DNA from: Podarcis gaigeae
Lineage: Eukaryota
Length of the DNA: 64,000 bases
Direction: 5' to 3' (one strand)
Assembly: GCA_964106915.2 (NCBI GenBank)
Contig: OZ066930.1
The notes under the pieces are model-generated. The model searched no databases. It was not told the origin of the DNA and was given only the letters and a program-made list of their open reading frames with translations. Below are positions 38,309-50,811 of the stretch, piece by piece; position 1 is the stretch's first letter, and each line of letters opens with the position of its first letter. The position numbers and the translations under genes were made by a program.

Positions 38309-38544
38309 CAGTCGTACCTTGGATCTTGAATGCCTTGGCTCCTGAACAAATCAGCTCCCGAATGACTGAAATCCAGTTTTCAAACATTCTTTTGGAAGCC
38401 GAATATCCGGCGGGGCTTTTGCAGCTTCTGATTGGCTGCAGGAGCTTCCTGCAGCCAATCAGAAGCCGCACTTTGCTTTCCAAACGTTTTGGAAGTTGAA
38501 TGGACTTCCATAATGGATTCTGTTCAATTTCCAAGATAAGACTA
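38309..38544. mobile_element. pogo/Tigger-like MITE (same family as 26794-27013)
   Basis: TA|cagtcgtaccttggatcttgaa; internal palindrome ttctgattggctgcaggagcttcctgcagccaatcagaa; degraded right TIR. Confidence 0.8.
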
Positions 38545-39816
38545 TATTGTGATTATAGCAGAACACTGATGGGAGGAAGGGTGGTCATCCTGAGCATTTG
38601 CATGCTGCCTGCATCCCTAACCTCTCTTTGTGAGAGGCCTACTCAGCTTATCAGTCAAGAGCTACTTCTGCAGGAGAGGAGACAAGCCTGGGGATGAATA
38701 CCTGACAGCAGCAAGATACCTGACACACAGAGGCAACATGTAAATCTTGGAGAAGCCCCTCCACAGACACTGCAGACATTATTGGGGACTTAATGGGTTG
38801 TGTAGACCACCAACACAGTGTCTTTCCTTGGTTGGTTATAGTGCCTTGCAGATTTCCTAGTCAAATTAAGAACTCTTTCCCACTAAAAGAAACTTTGCTG
38901 CACTTCAGCTGCTTTGGCCTACAACTCCCATGTAGCATGACTGTATGCTAGAGCTCATGGGAGCATTACTGTACTGCCTGAGGCTGATGGTAGTTGTAGT
39001 TCAAAACTGCTGGAGGGTACCAAATTGAAGAAGGCTGCACTAAATCAACAAGGCAGTAGCTTTGCAGAAAGTGTACATACTCCTCTTGCTGTTCAGCAGA
39101 ACCCAGATGGTGCAAAGTTGGTGATCTAGATGTGACACTAGCTCCTGGCTGCAAAATCATTTTTTCAGCAGTCATATTTATTTGTACTATGATAAAGTCT
39201 CTAACTGTAGGATTAGCAAGACCTCTATTCAGTAGTTCTACTTCAGCAAATTTTCTACTTGTCTTTCCAGTTCACATTGTGGTCTTCAGCCTCCAAAATA
39301 TCTGCATTTCTTTGCCAAGATTTCTTCTGTCCAATGGCAAGGACACTCTAGCAGTGTCTTTCAAATCTCATTTTGCAGTTTAACATAAGCAAGTGAGCAG
39401 ATTTTCTGGCATGTTTAGATCTTTCTAGTCTCTCTTTGGCGATCTTGTTGGTTTTTCAGAATACATGCTGCGATAAGAGTCTGAGAATGTCTGTGTGGGT
39501 AGAAACATAGCTACCTCAGCATTCCATAACTGGACTAATAGTATCTTTGACTTGTTACTACCGAGATTAAATGGAAACGTGCATTTTAATTCCATTTCTT
39601 CATGATTTTGGTAGCATACAGGGTCCTCCTTTTTAAGAAAGAGCCAAAGGTGCTTGGGGTTCCTTGGCTACAAGTTAACAATCTAGATACTTTTTATCTT
39701 CAATCCTGACAATGGCATTGTGGTCTGTGAGATGAAGAAGCCCTCCCACAAAGCCAGCAGGCATGCGGATTTCACTTTGGGGCAATTGCAAGACTTGCGA
39801 TGTAGTAGCAGAAAAG

Positions 39817-40398
39817 TGAACTGCATCAATAGGAGTATAGCATCTAGATCAAGGGAAGTAATAGTGCCTCTGGTCAGACCTCACCTGGAGTACTGTGTCC
39901 AGTTCTGGGCACCACAGTTCAAGAAGGACACTGACAAACTGGAACGTGTCCAGAGGAGGGCAACCAAAATGGTCAAAGGCCTGGAAACGATGCCTTATGA
40001 GGAACGGCTAAGGGAGCTGGGCATGTTTAGCCTGGAGAAGAGGAGGTTAAGGGGTGATATGATAGCCATGTTCAAATATATAAAAGGATGTCACATAGAG
40101 GAGGGAGAAAGGTTGTTTTCTGCTGCTCCAGAGAAGCGGACACGGAGCAATGGTTCCAAACTACAAGAAAGAAGATTCCACCTAAACATTAGGAAGAACT
40201 TCCTGACAGTAAGAGCTGTTTGACAGTGGAATTTGCTGCCAAGGAGTGTGGTGGAGTCTCCTTCTTTGGAGATCTTTAAGCAGAGGCTTGACAACCATAT
40301 GTCAGGAGTGCTCTGATGGTGTTTCCTGCTTGGCAGGGGGTTGGACTCGATGGCCCTTGTGGTCTCTTCCAATTCTATGATTCTATTCTATTCTATGA
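39817..40398 (+). mobile_element. CR1 LINE 3' fragment
   Basis: [50 protein letters not shown]...; ends in the CR1 tail ttctatgattctattctattctatga. Confidence 0.95.
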
Positions 40399-40977
40399 AC
40401 ATGTGAATTCACCCAAATGCATACATGGTGTCAGTGGTGCACCATTGTGATTTTGCTACTGCTTTGTTGCAGGGAAATCATGTTGTCCAAAGTGTCCATG
40501 CAGAACAGTTGTCCTCCACACAGGTGATTCATACAGGATTTCTACTCAGTCACACTATAAACAGGATTAAAAGAGTGACATTTATGTCTGTTAAAACTGT
40601 TTGGAAATAAAAACAAAAAAGGGGGTAGCAGACTAGCTGGCTGGTCTGCCTTTCCCCACTGCACCACCCTTGTTGATCATGTAAGCAGCTTGTCTGGCCA
40701 GCTTGGAATGGCAAAGCTGCTGTTACGGAATGTAATTCATTTAAACATATCCTTCCTGTTGTATCTTTGTCATTCCTCTCAGTGGCCTTATCAGGGCTGA
40801 TATTTCCTCCTCCAATGGGCCAGTTAAATATTTTTTTCCAAATCTTCTTTTTTTAGCTGCTTCTTGTTTAGGTTCTTTAATAGAAGCACAATACTGGACT
40901 GCTGGTAAATTACTCCACATTGGGTGATTATTTTTTAAAGGGGGAGGACCCATCACTCAGTGGCATTAGAGCATATA

Positions 40978-41229
40978 CAGTGGTACCTTGGGATGTGAAC
41001 GGGATCCGCTCCGGAGCCCCGTTCGCATCCTGAACAGAACGTAAGATGTGACTGCGCGTGAGCAGGTCACGTTTTGCCACTTCTATGCATGCGTGTGACG
41101 TCATTTTGAGCGTCTGCACATGCGCGAGCAGCGAAACCCGGAAGTAACACGCTCTGTTACTTCCGGGTTGCCGCAGAGTGCAACCCAAAAGCGCTCAGCC
41201 TGAAGCACATTCAACCTGAGAGATGACTG
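40978..41229. mobile_element. pogo/Tigger-like MITE (family of 37116)
   Basis: TA|cagtggtacctt...gtgaacgggatccgctccgga ... gatgactg|TA. Confidence 0.8.
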
Positions 41230-42262
41230 TACTTTTATTTATTTATTACATTTATATTCCACCTTTCCTTCATGGATCTGGCATGGATGCTTTAGTTGAA
41301 ATTCCTGCATTGCTGGAGATTGGACTAGATAACCTTTGGGAACATTCTAACTCTACAATTCTATGATTCCAAGGAGCCCAGGGTGGTGCGCATGCTTTTT
41401 CCTCTTCTTTCTGCAGCCTGGTGCCCTCCAGATGGCTTTGGGGGGTTGGACTAGATGACCCTTGGATCCCTTTCAACTCTATGATTTTAAAGCACATTTA
41501 GATGGCATCTATGCATATACACGAGCATTTTGAACTGGGAAAGACTTCTTGGAAAAGAGATGGACTTTTTCTGAGTGCTTGCTGGGAGAGCTCATAAATG
41601 CCAAACTGATTTCAGAATGAATTGAATGAAACTCTCCCATCAGTAGTTAAAAAAAACATTGAGTCTTGCATTCTTGCATTGAGTCTTGTATTCGTGCTCT
41701 GCTGTTGGATGCAGGGTGGTAGTTGTTGTGTAGAAGTACCATTTCTTTCCACAGGTGGCACTTTTACCTGTTGAGTCCCCAAAGAATACCTCAGACAGCA
41801 TTTTCACTTGTTTATGTAGAAGATTCACCACCACCCCAGGTTTTCGTTTTTCATAAAAACCTCAAAGTGACTTACAGTAAATCATGCCTGTTTTAGACAA
41901 GAGTTGCATTTTAGGTTCTGCAACTTTATATGGCACAGAAGTACAGGGCATGAGCAGCAGATGAATTGCATCTTGAGTCTGGGTTGACTGTTCCCACTGT
42001 GAGAATGGTGTTGTGAAGGGCTACCCATGTCAGCTCCAGAAAGCAGTCTCATGGGGGGTGGAGGTGAGCTCAGTAGTTCCACAAAGGAAACCAGATACTT
42101 CAGAAGCCATTTCCTCTCAATTCTGGGAAAATACAAAGCTTGTTGAGGGAAAATTCTGCCTCCCTTCCCATAAACTCTTTTGGGAAGGAAAAACAAACAC
42201 CTCATTGGCACCTTGGCTGCCCAAACTGAAGTGGGCAGGTCCTCCAGGAAGAATATTCTCTT

Positions 42263-42268
42263 TATAAA
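42263..42268 (+). promoter_or_regulatory. TATA box of the putative internal BCR promoter
   Basis: TATAAA about 80 nt upstream of ATG 42349. Confidence 0.4.
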
Positions 42269-42348
42269 GCCCCTGGCAGAGCAAGAGTAGACTTAGAGGG
42301 ACAACACTGGGCTTCAGAGCACAATAAGAGCACACGACACAGTAAGAG

Positions 42349-42510
42349 ATGTGGGAGCTGCTGATGACCCACTCCACCACTCAGGAAGTCTTCAAGCATT
42401 TCTGCTACAGCTGTAGCTGCAGGACTCTGCTGGATTTACCGAAGAAATGTACACATAACAGAAGCCACACTCTGTGGCCCCGAGTCTGTGGCAGAGTGCT
42501 ACAAGGAAAG
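42349..42510 (+). CDS. BCR: Putative alternative first coding exon of a short (RhoGAP-only) BCR isoform
   Basis: TATAAA 42263-42268; in-frame TAA 42343-42345 then ATG 42349; 54 codons ending ...HTLWPRVCGRVLQGK at AAG|gttggc; phase 0, in frame with exon 17; resembles my recollection of the ABR short-isoform N-terminus (...ARLWGRVRNKLLRNK|LDPQ). Confidence 0.6.
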
Positions 42511-43291
42511 GTTGGCTTTACTCTTACATTCATTCACATCATTCATTCTCTCTCTCTCTTTCTCCCCACCCTTCGCCTTCCCATTGCTTTGTGCTGTATG
42601 TGTGGATAGAGAAACTGCTTCCAATTATTAGCAATAATAGTGGGGTCTCAACAGGCGGAGGCAAAGGGCTAATTCTCACAAACAGCAAATGAAGGGGTGA
42701 ACCTGTGCCTGGACTGTGCCACTTCAGGATTCAAGTGGGGCCTCAGGTTGTTGGATGCTCCTCCCTTTACAAAAAAAATAATATAAATTCCTATCATGTT
42801 GAAAACTTTCTAGCTCTTTTCCTACATGCTAGTTTTCTGGGCCTATGAATTTTTATGTGTGGAAGAGCATTATCATACAAACACACCCAACGAACCTGCA
42901 GTCATCTGAGTGGCATAATTCAGAGACAGGTTGACACCTTCACTTAGGCCTGAGAGAGGAGTTGGCCCTGAATCCCTAAAACTGATTCGGGGGCAGGCCA
43001 GAGGCAGGCTGATGAACAAGCTCAGCAAACCAGAATTGGTATCATGGACTCTGCTAGAAAACCTCCACTGGCTTGTCAGACAGACGTGCATATTGTGTGC
43101 AAAATAAAAGACAACTGTTTTGAAATTTTTGTGATAAGGATAAAGGTATGTGTTGAATGTATTTGCTTAGCTTTGCAAAAATATGCTGCTTTCATGACTT
43201 TCGTTGTCAAACATTCTGGAATCTTTTTTTCTCATGCAGAAGAGGGTGACGGATGACAAATGGTCTGAAAGGGCACTGAGGAATTTCTAAA

Positions 43292-43393
43292 TCAGCCTTC
43301 CCCAACCTGGTGCCCTCCAGCAGTTTTGGACTACGGGGGCAGTTTGGAGCTATAGCACAAAACAGCTCGAGGGCATCAGACCGGGGAAGACTG
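43292..43393. mobile_element. hAT/Charlie-like palindromic MITE (representative of 10 or more copies in the window)
   Basis: cagccttccccaacctggtgccctccag ... cgagggcatcagaccggggaagactg, flanked by ttctaaat/ttctaggg; related copies near 2230, 2977, 8720, 16281, 34237, 35020, 35375, 35620, 38970, 45541, 53730. Confidence 0.7.
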
Positions 43394-43524
43394 TTCTAGG
43401 GTATTCATGTTGAGAACTGTTGAGGTCTATAATTTTGCTATTTGTTTTAAAGGACAAGCTAGCAGGATTCTCCTGATATCTCTGATCCTGCAAATATGTG
43501 ACCTGCATACCGGTCTAATTAAAT

Positions 43525-43942
43525 TTGGCTCCCAGTACGTTTCCGAGCACAATTCAAAGTGTTGGTGCTGACCTTCAAAGCCCTAAATGACATTGGCCCA
43601 GTATACCCAAAGGAGTGTCTTCACCCCCATCGTTCAGCCCGGACACTGAGGTCCAGCTCTGAGGATCTTCTGGTGGTTCCCTCACTGCGAGAAGTGAGGT
43701 TACAGGGAACCAGGCGGAAGGCCTTCTTGGTAGTGGCGCCCGACCAGTGGAACGCCCTACCATCAGATGTCAAGGAAATAAAATAACTTATCTGACTTTT
43801 AGAAGACATCTGAAGGCAGCCCTCTTTAGGGAAGTTTTTAATGTTGTAAGTTTTATTCTGTTTTTAGTCCTCTGTTGGGAGCTGCCCAGAGTGGCTGGGG
43901 AAACCCAGCCAGATGGGCAGGGTATAAATAATAAAATTATTT
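43525..43942 (+). mobile_element. L2-clade LINE 3' fragment
   Basis: LPVRFRAQFKVLVLTFKALN...HRSARTLRSS...AFLVVAPDQWNALP; 3' end gggcagggtataaataataaa. Confidence 0.85.
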
Positions 43943-44022
43943 GACTAATTTATGTAAGGCAATACAGCCACTTTGGCCTCTGCACCTGATTGCTAACTCA
44001 CTAATAACTCTCCATTTTTCAG

Positions 44023-44082
44023 CTGGATCCACAGACGTTGCAAGATAAAGACTGGCAACGCACTGTCATATTGATGAATGGA
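44023..44082 (+). CDS. BCR: BCR exon 17
   Basis: tttcag|CTG...GGA|gtaagt; LDPQTLQDKDWQRTVILMNG; 60 nt. Confidence 0.96.
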
Positions 44083-46015
44083 GTAAGTACAGACAATTCT
44101 AAAATGCAAGCTGGCTGCTCCTGACTGTTCCGTTCTGGATTGGATTTTCAGGTCTTGTGCTCCTGGTGACTGAAGACCCATACTCAAATGTTGTTGTAAC
44201 ATCTGCACACACATGCAGATGATGATATAAAACACCGACAGCAAGCTGCTTGCCAGGCCTGTGCAGCTGTTTACATGCCTGCTAAGGAGCCAGCTTTATA
44301 GATTGTTCCTTGCGTGGGTGCAGTCTCCATTAGCACACAGATACAGAGCAGCTTTGAGCATTCAATTGTTGCATAGGAACAGCATGTATAAATTTTCTAT
44401 GTTGGAAATTCTGCCTTTGTATCGCCCATACTGCCAAAACACATAAGCTCTCTGATAACAATCTGCACTTCCCTGGATGGGGAAGATAGGAGAGTTTTAT
44501 TTCTAATGCAATAATGTTACAGAGGATCTGGACGTATGCAGAATATGCACATCCTGTTCCTGGTGCAGCAATAGACCACCCTAGCTGTCTTTGTAGTCAT
44601 GCAGGCTGCTTCTTGCACAACAAGGTCTTTCTCTGAAGCCTGTTTGACCTCTCAAAGCACTCGGCCTTATTAAATTGGCACCTTGACTATTTGGTCCTAT
44701 TGATGCCTGGTGTGGAAAATCAAAACAACACTCACAACTGCGTGCCCTTGCAGGCACTAATTTTTAACAAAGGGGACAATGCACTCTGGAATTCTCCTCT
44801 GCAATTTTCACTGAAATAAATGGGAATGGCAGTGGCTTGTATTGGAGGACTTCTCAGCAGATCAAATGCCCGCCAGCGCTCAGAACTGCCTGTCTGTAAC
44901 CACTGAAGTCCTGTTCTCCCTTTTAAAATATATGCAATGTTGGCATAGCTTTTTGACAAAGAATGGCACATAGTGGAATCTATTTAGAACGGGCATCTGT
45001 GTACACTGTCTCTTCAATGAGCTGTATTAATAAGCTCCAGTTAACCAGATAAAAGTGGTTTAGCTGGGGAAACTACTTCAGATGAAATAGCAATTATTTC
45101 AGACATAAGTAGTTTTGAAGAACATTAAAATCTCATGCATCATGTAAAATCTTCTTTGACCCTCAGTTACAAGTTGTTGCTCACTGTGGTGTTAATGCTA
45201 CTGAATACAGAAGAGTCTTTGCTCATTGAATATCAAATGAGACTTGCTGTCTGACTATTGTCTCTTCCTAGTGAGCATGGATAAGCTGACATTATGCATA
45301 GCTGCTATTATTTATATACTTTATATTATGGTTTTCACATTGCCATGTACTTGGAGAAGCTAACACATTTTCCTTTAAGAAACAGTAAACCACATGTAAA
45401 ATAAAACAAAAACAAACTGAGAAATGAAAATTTAAAGTAGTAATAAAAGCAGCTGTAAGACGCCTTACCTTAAGAGATTTTACCAAAACAATTCTAACTG
45501 TAAACTCCAGAAACAAAATTTTGCAAGTGTAAGGCTAAAAACAGGGATGGCTAACCTGTGGATCTCAAGATATTGAGCCCCAGTGATTGTGGGAGTTGTA
45601 GTCCAGCAACATCTGGAGACCCACTTTTTAGGCTCTCCTGGCCTAAAATCTTAGAAAAGTCTGGTTGACTTTCAGTTTGTATTAGACTTCACATTTCTTT
45701 CCACATTAGCTTTGTTATTTCTACCCCCTTTGACATTTTGTTGTTTTGAAGTGTTAGAAGACTCTGTTTGTAATCACAAGAGACTAATGTGGTACGTAGT
45801 TGAGAAGGGGGTGCATTGTTCTGTGTAGTTTTCCCATGGAGTATGAAAGTAACTCAGTCTGATTGCGGAGCTCAGAACAGAGCAGGTCACCCAGCTGATG
45901 ATCCAAGCCCCTGTGCTATTCATTGTTACTCCTTGTGACTGTTTTTGAATGAGAGAAATCCAACAAGAATTTCTGTTGTTGGAAAGAGTAGCTATGAATC
46001 TCCTTTTTCTTCAAG

Positions 46016-46125
46016 GTTGAAGTGAAACTGTCTGTGAAGTTCACCAGCAGAGAGTTCAGCTTAAAGAGGATGCCCTCCCGCAAACAAACAGGTGTATTTG
46101 GAGTAAAGATTGCAGTGGTCACCAA
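46016..46125 (+). CDS. BCR: BCR exon 18
   Basis: ttcaag|GTT...AA|gtgagt; [36 protein letters not shown](K); 110 nt. Confidence 0.96.
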
Positions 46126-47186
46126 GTGAGTTATTTCATCATTTTTTCTTTTTAATCCAGGGTTTTTCCTTAAGGCCTTTCCCCTGACCTGACAGTGAAC
46201 AAAAGTTAACACGTATAATTTGCCTGTTTTCTAACAGGTAGTTTTGAGGGGAGGGGGAAGTATCTGTTTTGCAAGCTGCATCATCTTCATTGAGAGCTGC
46301 ATAAATCTGCTTGGAACCCAAGTTTGTTTACTTTGAACATCATGTGCTATGCCGTGCTCCGGAACCAACCCTTGGTCTCTTCCTATCCTGTGAGATGACT
46401 CACCCTGGGATTTTCCAAGCTACCGAGCAGCCATTATGCACCACACTCAAAAAAACATTCACACCATCTGGATGGTGCTATATTAGTTTTAACCCCTGAA
46501 CTTTAGTCATGATTCATTTGCCAGCAGAATGTTTACTGGCACTGCAGAACTTGGGAGGGAATCATTATTCTGTAGGCAAAAAACAGGACTACTAAAGCAC
46601 GCATATTAAAGTGACATCTTTAAAAAATAGAGAAGTTGAATGAGGTTTTTTAGCTTCCTCTCAGGTATCAGCCTTACTTTGAAAAGAAAAACACGTGATT
46701 CTCTGGAGTCAGGTGAATGGTTTGGCACCCATGGTATGAACTGATGACTGGAATTTTATGGTGTTGGAGTGGGAGAATGTAGCTGCCAGTTCTTTGAACT
46801 CTTACTTTTCTGCACATCAATAAACTTTGTACTTTTGAGCAGCATGGCATATCAGGGACTAGCAAGTGCTTCAATATGATACTCACAAGCTTAGAGGGCA
46901 GATCAGAAATAGCACATAACTTTGAAAATGATAAATAGCTGTACATCTTGAACAACAGTTTTACTGTTTTAATTTCTTGACATAGTAATTCTGTAAATTT
47001 GTATTAGTATTACTTTTGAAAATACAAAATGATACTGAAAAAAAAATGTCTGCCTTCAAATGCAGGCAGCCTCTAGTTTTTCCACAGAATCAAAGGCAGT
47101 TTGAAATTGGTTTCTTGCTTGTGGTGTGTGTACATTCACACATAATTATTGCCTTTGCCTTTACTGAACTGGACCTCTTCTTGCAG

Positions 47187-47326
47187 GAGAGAGAGATCAA
47201 AGGTGCCTTACATTGTGCGCCAGTGTGTCGAGGAGATTGAGCGTCGTGGCATGGAGGAGGTGGGCATTTACCGAGTCTCTGGCGTTGCCACCGATATCCA
47301 GGCTCTGAAAGCTGCTTTTGACGTCA
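47187..47326 (+). CDS. BCR: BCR exon 19 (RhoGAP, arginine finger GIYRVSG)
   Basis: ttgcag|G AGA...GTC A|gtgagt; [46 protein letters not shown]; 140 nt. Confidence 0.98.
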
Positions 47327-47833
47327 GTGAGTATCAGCTTCTAAGGTTTTCATTTCCACTAAAAATGAACAGAGTCAGTGCTCCACTCACTCTACAAACA
47401 GTTACTAGGGCCAGTCTCAATGGAAGTAGTTCGGAAAAGGAAGTGATCTGCAATGCAGTTGTTTCTAACGTACATGCTTTAGCTTAACTGCGAAATGAAT
47501 GTTGTTTACATTTTCAAATCGAAAAGAAGCTGGTTCAATGCATCAAGCAGCAGTATTTCTCAAGAAACTGCGAGATACGTATGCATTGTGGTTAACTGTC
47601 ATGTGTGCACTGTTTCAAACACCAGTGGTGGCAGCACACTGGAGACAGGGTAAATGTTAATGCATACACAGCCAGAGTGTGCAAGCCCATGGCATATTCC
47701 TGATCCTCCAAAAGCTCTACCATCATTTTTGAACTGAGCAAGCAATTTCAGCAGAGAGGAAGTTCAGAAGCAACACCCGAGTAGCTAAAAGCTCTGCTCC
47801 CCTCACATTTCCCTTCCCCTCCCTCTATTTCAG

Positions 47834-47968
47834 ATAATAAAGATGTCTCCGTCATGATGAGTGAGATGGATGTGAATGCCATTGCAGGGACCTTAAAGCT
47901 CTACTTCAGAGAACTGCCTGAGCCCCTCTTCACAGATGAACTCTATCCCAACTTTGCTGAAGGCATTG
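47834..47968 (+). CDS. BCR: BCR exon 20 (RhoGAP)
   Basis: tttcag|AT...ATT G|gtgaga; (N)[44 protein letters not shown]; 135 nt. Confidence 0.98.
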
Positions 47969-48969
47969 GTGAGAATTTGATGACTAACAAACATACTACT
48001 TCAGGATTGCTGAATCAATTGGGAGGAAATGTGACTGAAGATATTTGGCAGAAACTCCTTCAGGGCATCCTCTTACCCAAAATAATGCAAGAATACTTAA
48101 AGCATTAGAAATGTAACTGCTTTAGAATTGTTAACATTCCTAATGTTTTAAGTATTTTAAATTGCAACATTTTCTTGTAGGGGAGTGTTTCCAGGCCGCT
48201 GATAATATCGTTGCATCTTCCAGACTTTCAGATCTGCAATCCCCTTTTTGAAAAGTGCGAGCCAGAACTGTACACTGTTTTCCATTTGTGCAGTGGACAA
48301 CAATCCCTTTCCTGATAATATCTAGCATGCAATTGGGCCTCTTTTCTGATAGCTGAGGCTAATAACTGGGCCAGGTTTGGCTCTGCAGTCTGTGAGGCAC
48401 AAGTTTGTAATGTATTAAGTTTCAGCCCTTCTTTAGGAGGCAGCTTCTAAACCAAAATTAGGTCAGTTCCTGGACCTGTGTGTAGCTTGATGCTGCAGAG
48501 GGAGGAAAAGATTCAGCTGCCCAAGAGAAGTTGGAGCAGCAGAGTTCAGGATGGATTGGGGGAGCAGTGAGGATGTGCCTGTATTGAGCTTGGTCTCTGG
48601 ATTTTATTTTTTGTAACTTGAGTGAAACATATTATGTACTTTGGGCACTTCCAGACTGTTGCTATTTTTGATTGGGGGATTCAATCACATACTAGCAGAT
48701 TCAGGTTACACAGTTATGGATTACTGAGAGGACTTGCACAACAAGCCTGTTTCCTCAAAACATTGAGTGACATGAATACACACTGGAAAGTGTGGGATAA
48801 CACTCACTTTGACACAGTTATCTAACTTCCCAGCAAACAAATCAGAGTGATCAATAGAAGACATAATCTAATCTCCCCACAGACAAATAAGAATAAATGC
48901 ACAATAAACAAATTGTCTGGATGCAACCTTTAACTGTTATTTATATAAGATTGCTTAATAGCATAGGGT

Positions 48970-49049
48970 TTTGCTCAGAGCAGACCCATGGAAATTAATG
49001 AACTTGATTAAGTTATGTACATTAATTTCAGTGATGCTACTCTGAGCAA
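48970..49049. repeat. AT-cored palindromic dispersed repeat (related copy at 56069-56189)
   Basis: ttgctcagag...gaaattaatg...cattaatttc...ctctgagcaa inverted arms. Confidence 0.7.
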
Positions 49050-49346
49050 ATAACATAAAGAAAGACTGTTGACAGCAATAATCTTGGGGTTCTTTTTTGT
49101 TAGTTTAATACCACCCTTTGTTATTTCATTCAGAAATATGAAATGATAAAATACAATTAAAATCCAATATTATTTTTTTAAAATCATAAAATGGCCTGCA
49201 GCCTAAAGGCCTTGCAGAATTTTAAAAAAATCTTCACTATAATGATTATAAAAGAGTGGGAGGAGCCAGGCTAGCCTCCCTTCCATGCCTTGTGAAGCTG
49301 CATTGTGTGCTCCCATCCTGACGCTTCCCCCCCTCTCCTCATCTAG

Positions 49347-49452
49347 CACTTTCAGATCCAGTTGCTAAGGAAAGCTGTATGCTGAACCTACTGCTGTCTC
49401 TTCCAGAACCCAACCTTGTCACATTCCTTTTTCTCCTGGACCATTTGAAAAG
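49347..49452 (+). CDS. BCR: BCR exon 21 (RhoGAP)
   Basis: atctag|CA...AAA AG|gtaatg; (A)[34 protein letters not shown](R); 106 nt. Confidence 0.97.
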
Positions 49453-50166
49453 GTAATGCTAGATGTCCTTTTTCAGCATTGACCATCTCTCAGTACTTAC
49501 TATGGAACTCCTGGAATGCATTATTAGGCATTGTTGGGAATAATAACTGAACACATATGGTTAATAGACCTGGTCAAGACACCTTTTCAGCTTGGCTCCA
49601 AGAGAGACTACTGCTCTGAGATGGCTCATCTGCAGTGGTAGATCATATGTAGAAGTGTTGGGGGGTCACTCCTTGTCCTCATTCCTCTTGAACAAACCCC
49701 ATGGATTGCTTGCCACTCTAGTGTTCTTATAAAATAACAACGTTCATACAAGTATTGGAGAACTGACCTAGGGCCCATCTCTGCCCCAGTTTCAAAATTC
49801 ATATAAACCAAGATTTGAGGAACAATAACTTTTTTTTTACTTCAAAGCTAACATTCATTGCGATGCAGATAACAGAATATAGTGAAAATCTGGCTTTAGA
49901 TGGACAGTCCTGCTCTTACCACCTTTGCATCTGCTGCTGCCACAATCTGTTATCACAAATAGCTTCTTACAGTGGCAAAGACCTTGAATGGAGCACCTCT
50001 TGTCTTTGTTATAAAAACTAAACCATGATTTGCTAGGATTTGAAGTCTTTGCAAGGGTGGTGTAAATGAGAACCATCTTCTGAGCTGCAGAAATGAAACT
50101 ATCTTTCTTTTTCTTTCTTTCTTTCTTTCTCTCCCTCCCTCCGCTGCCTCTACCCAATTGCTTCAG

Positions 50167-50329
50167 GGTTGCTGAGAAGGAGAACATCAACAAGATGTCA
50201 CTTCACAATCTGGCAACTGTTTTTGGACCAACGCTGCTCAGGCCATCGGAAAAAGATAGTAAAATCCCTGCTAATCCAACTCAGCCAATAGCCATGACTG
50301 ATAGCTGGTCACTAGAAGTCATGTCCCAG
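50167..50329 (+). CDS. BCR: BCR exon 22 (RhoGAP)
   Basis: cttcag|G GTT...CAG|gtaaag; [54 protein letters not shown]; 163 nt. Confidence 0.98.
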
Positions 50330-50721
50330 GTAAAGAAGTGGGATAGTGCAAGAAAAAATTTGCAACTTAATGAGTACATAGTGTCCCTAAGGCAAGGCAA
50401 AGCCTAGTGGCTCACCTTGTGGGATTAGGTTTGCTCTAGCTATCAGCCAGTCACTAATGTTGCTGAAAGTTTTCTCTGTGTTTTGTTACACAACGTAATA
50501 AAAACAGTAAACTGCCGTAGGAAAGTTATTGAAGAGTGGAAATGCATTCTTTAAATAAGTAAATGAACAGATAGCCTAATTTTCCCATGGATTGTGCTCC
50601 AACCTGGATCTCCCAATGAGTATACAGCACCCAAAATCTGCTACATAAAGCAGTTGCCCTCATAGTTAGGTCACTTCACTACACTGGCTTTCATTGACCT
50701 GTTTTCTCCTTTGTTTTCCAG

Positions 50722-50811
50722 GTCCAAGTTCTTCTCTACTTCTTGCAGCTAGAGACTATCCCCACCCCTGATAGCAAGAGACAGAGTATCCTGTTCTCCA
50801 CAGAAGTGTAG
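50722..50811 (+). CDS. BCR: BCR exon 23 coding part (C-terminal PDZ-binding motif STEV)
   Basis: ttccag|GTC; VQVLLYFLQLETIPTPDSKRQSILFSTEV then TAG at 50809-50811. Confidence 0.97.
   Translation, partial: VQVLLYFLQLETIPTPDSKRQSILFSTEV

Larger units (their letters stand above)
1063..50811 (+). other. BCR: BCR gene, exons 2-23 (5'-partial; exon 1 outside window)
   Basis: 22 AG..GT-bounded exons translate contiguously (2540 nt) into the BCR DH-PH-C2-RhoGAP sequence ending ...QSILFSTEV*. Exon-2 peptide and C-terminus are BCR-type rather than ABR-type. Confidence 0.98.

Noticed and set aside
39720-40223. 167-aa ORF as a host gene
   Set aside because: It is the C-terminal remnant of CR1 ORF2 in a 5'-truncated insertion.
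1063-50811. Assignment to ABR instead of BCR
   Set aside because: Exon 2 (DRAEEQRRH..PYIDDSPSSSPHLS), [14 protein letters not shown] and the C-terminal QSILFSTEV are BCR-type.
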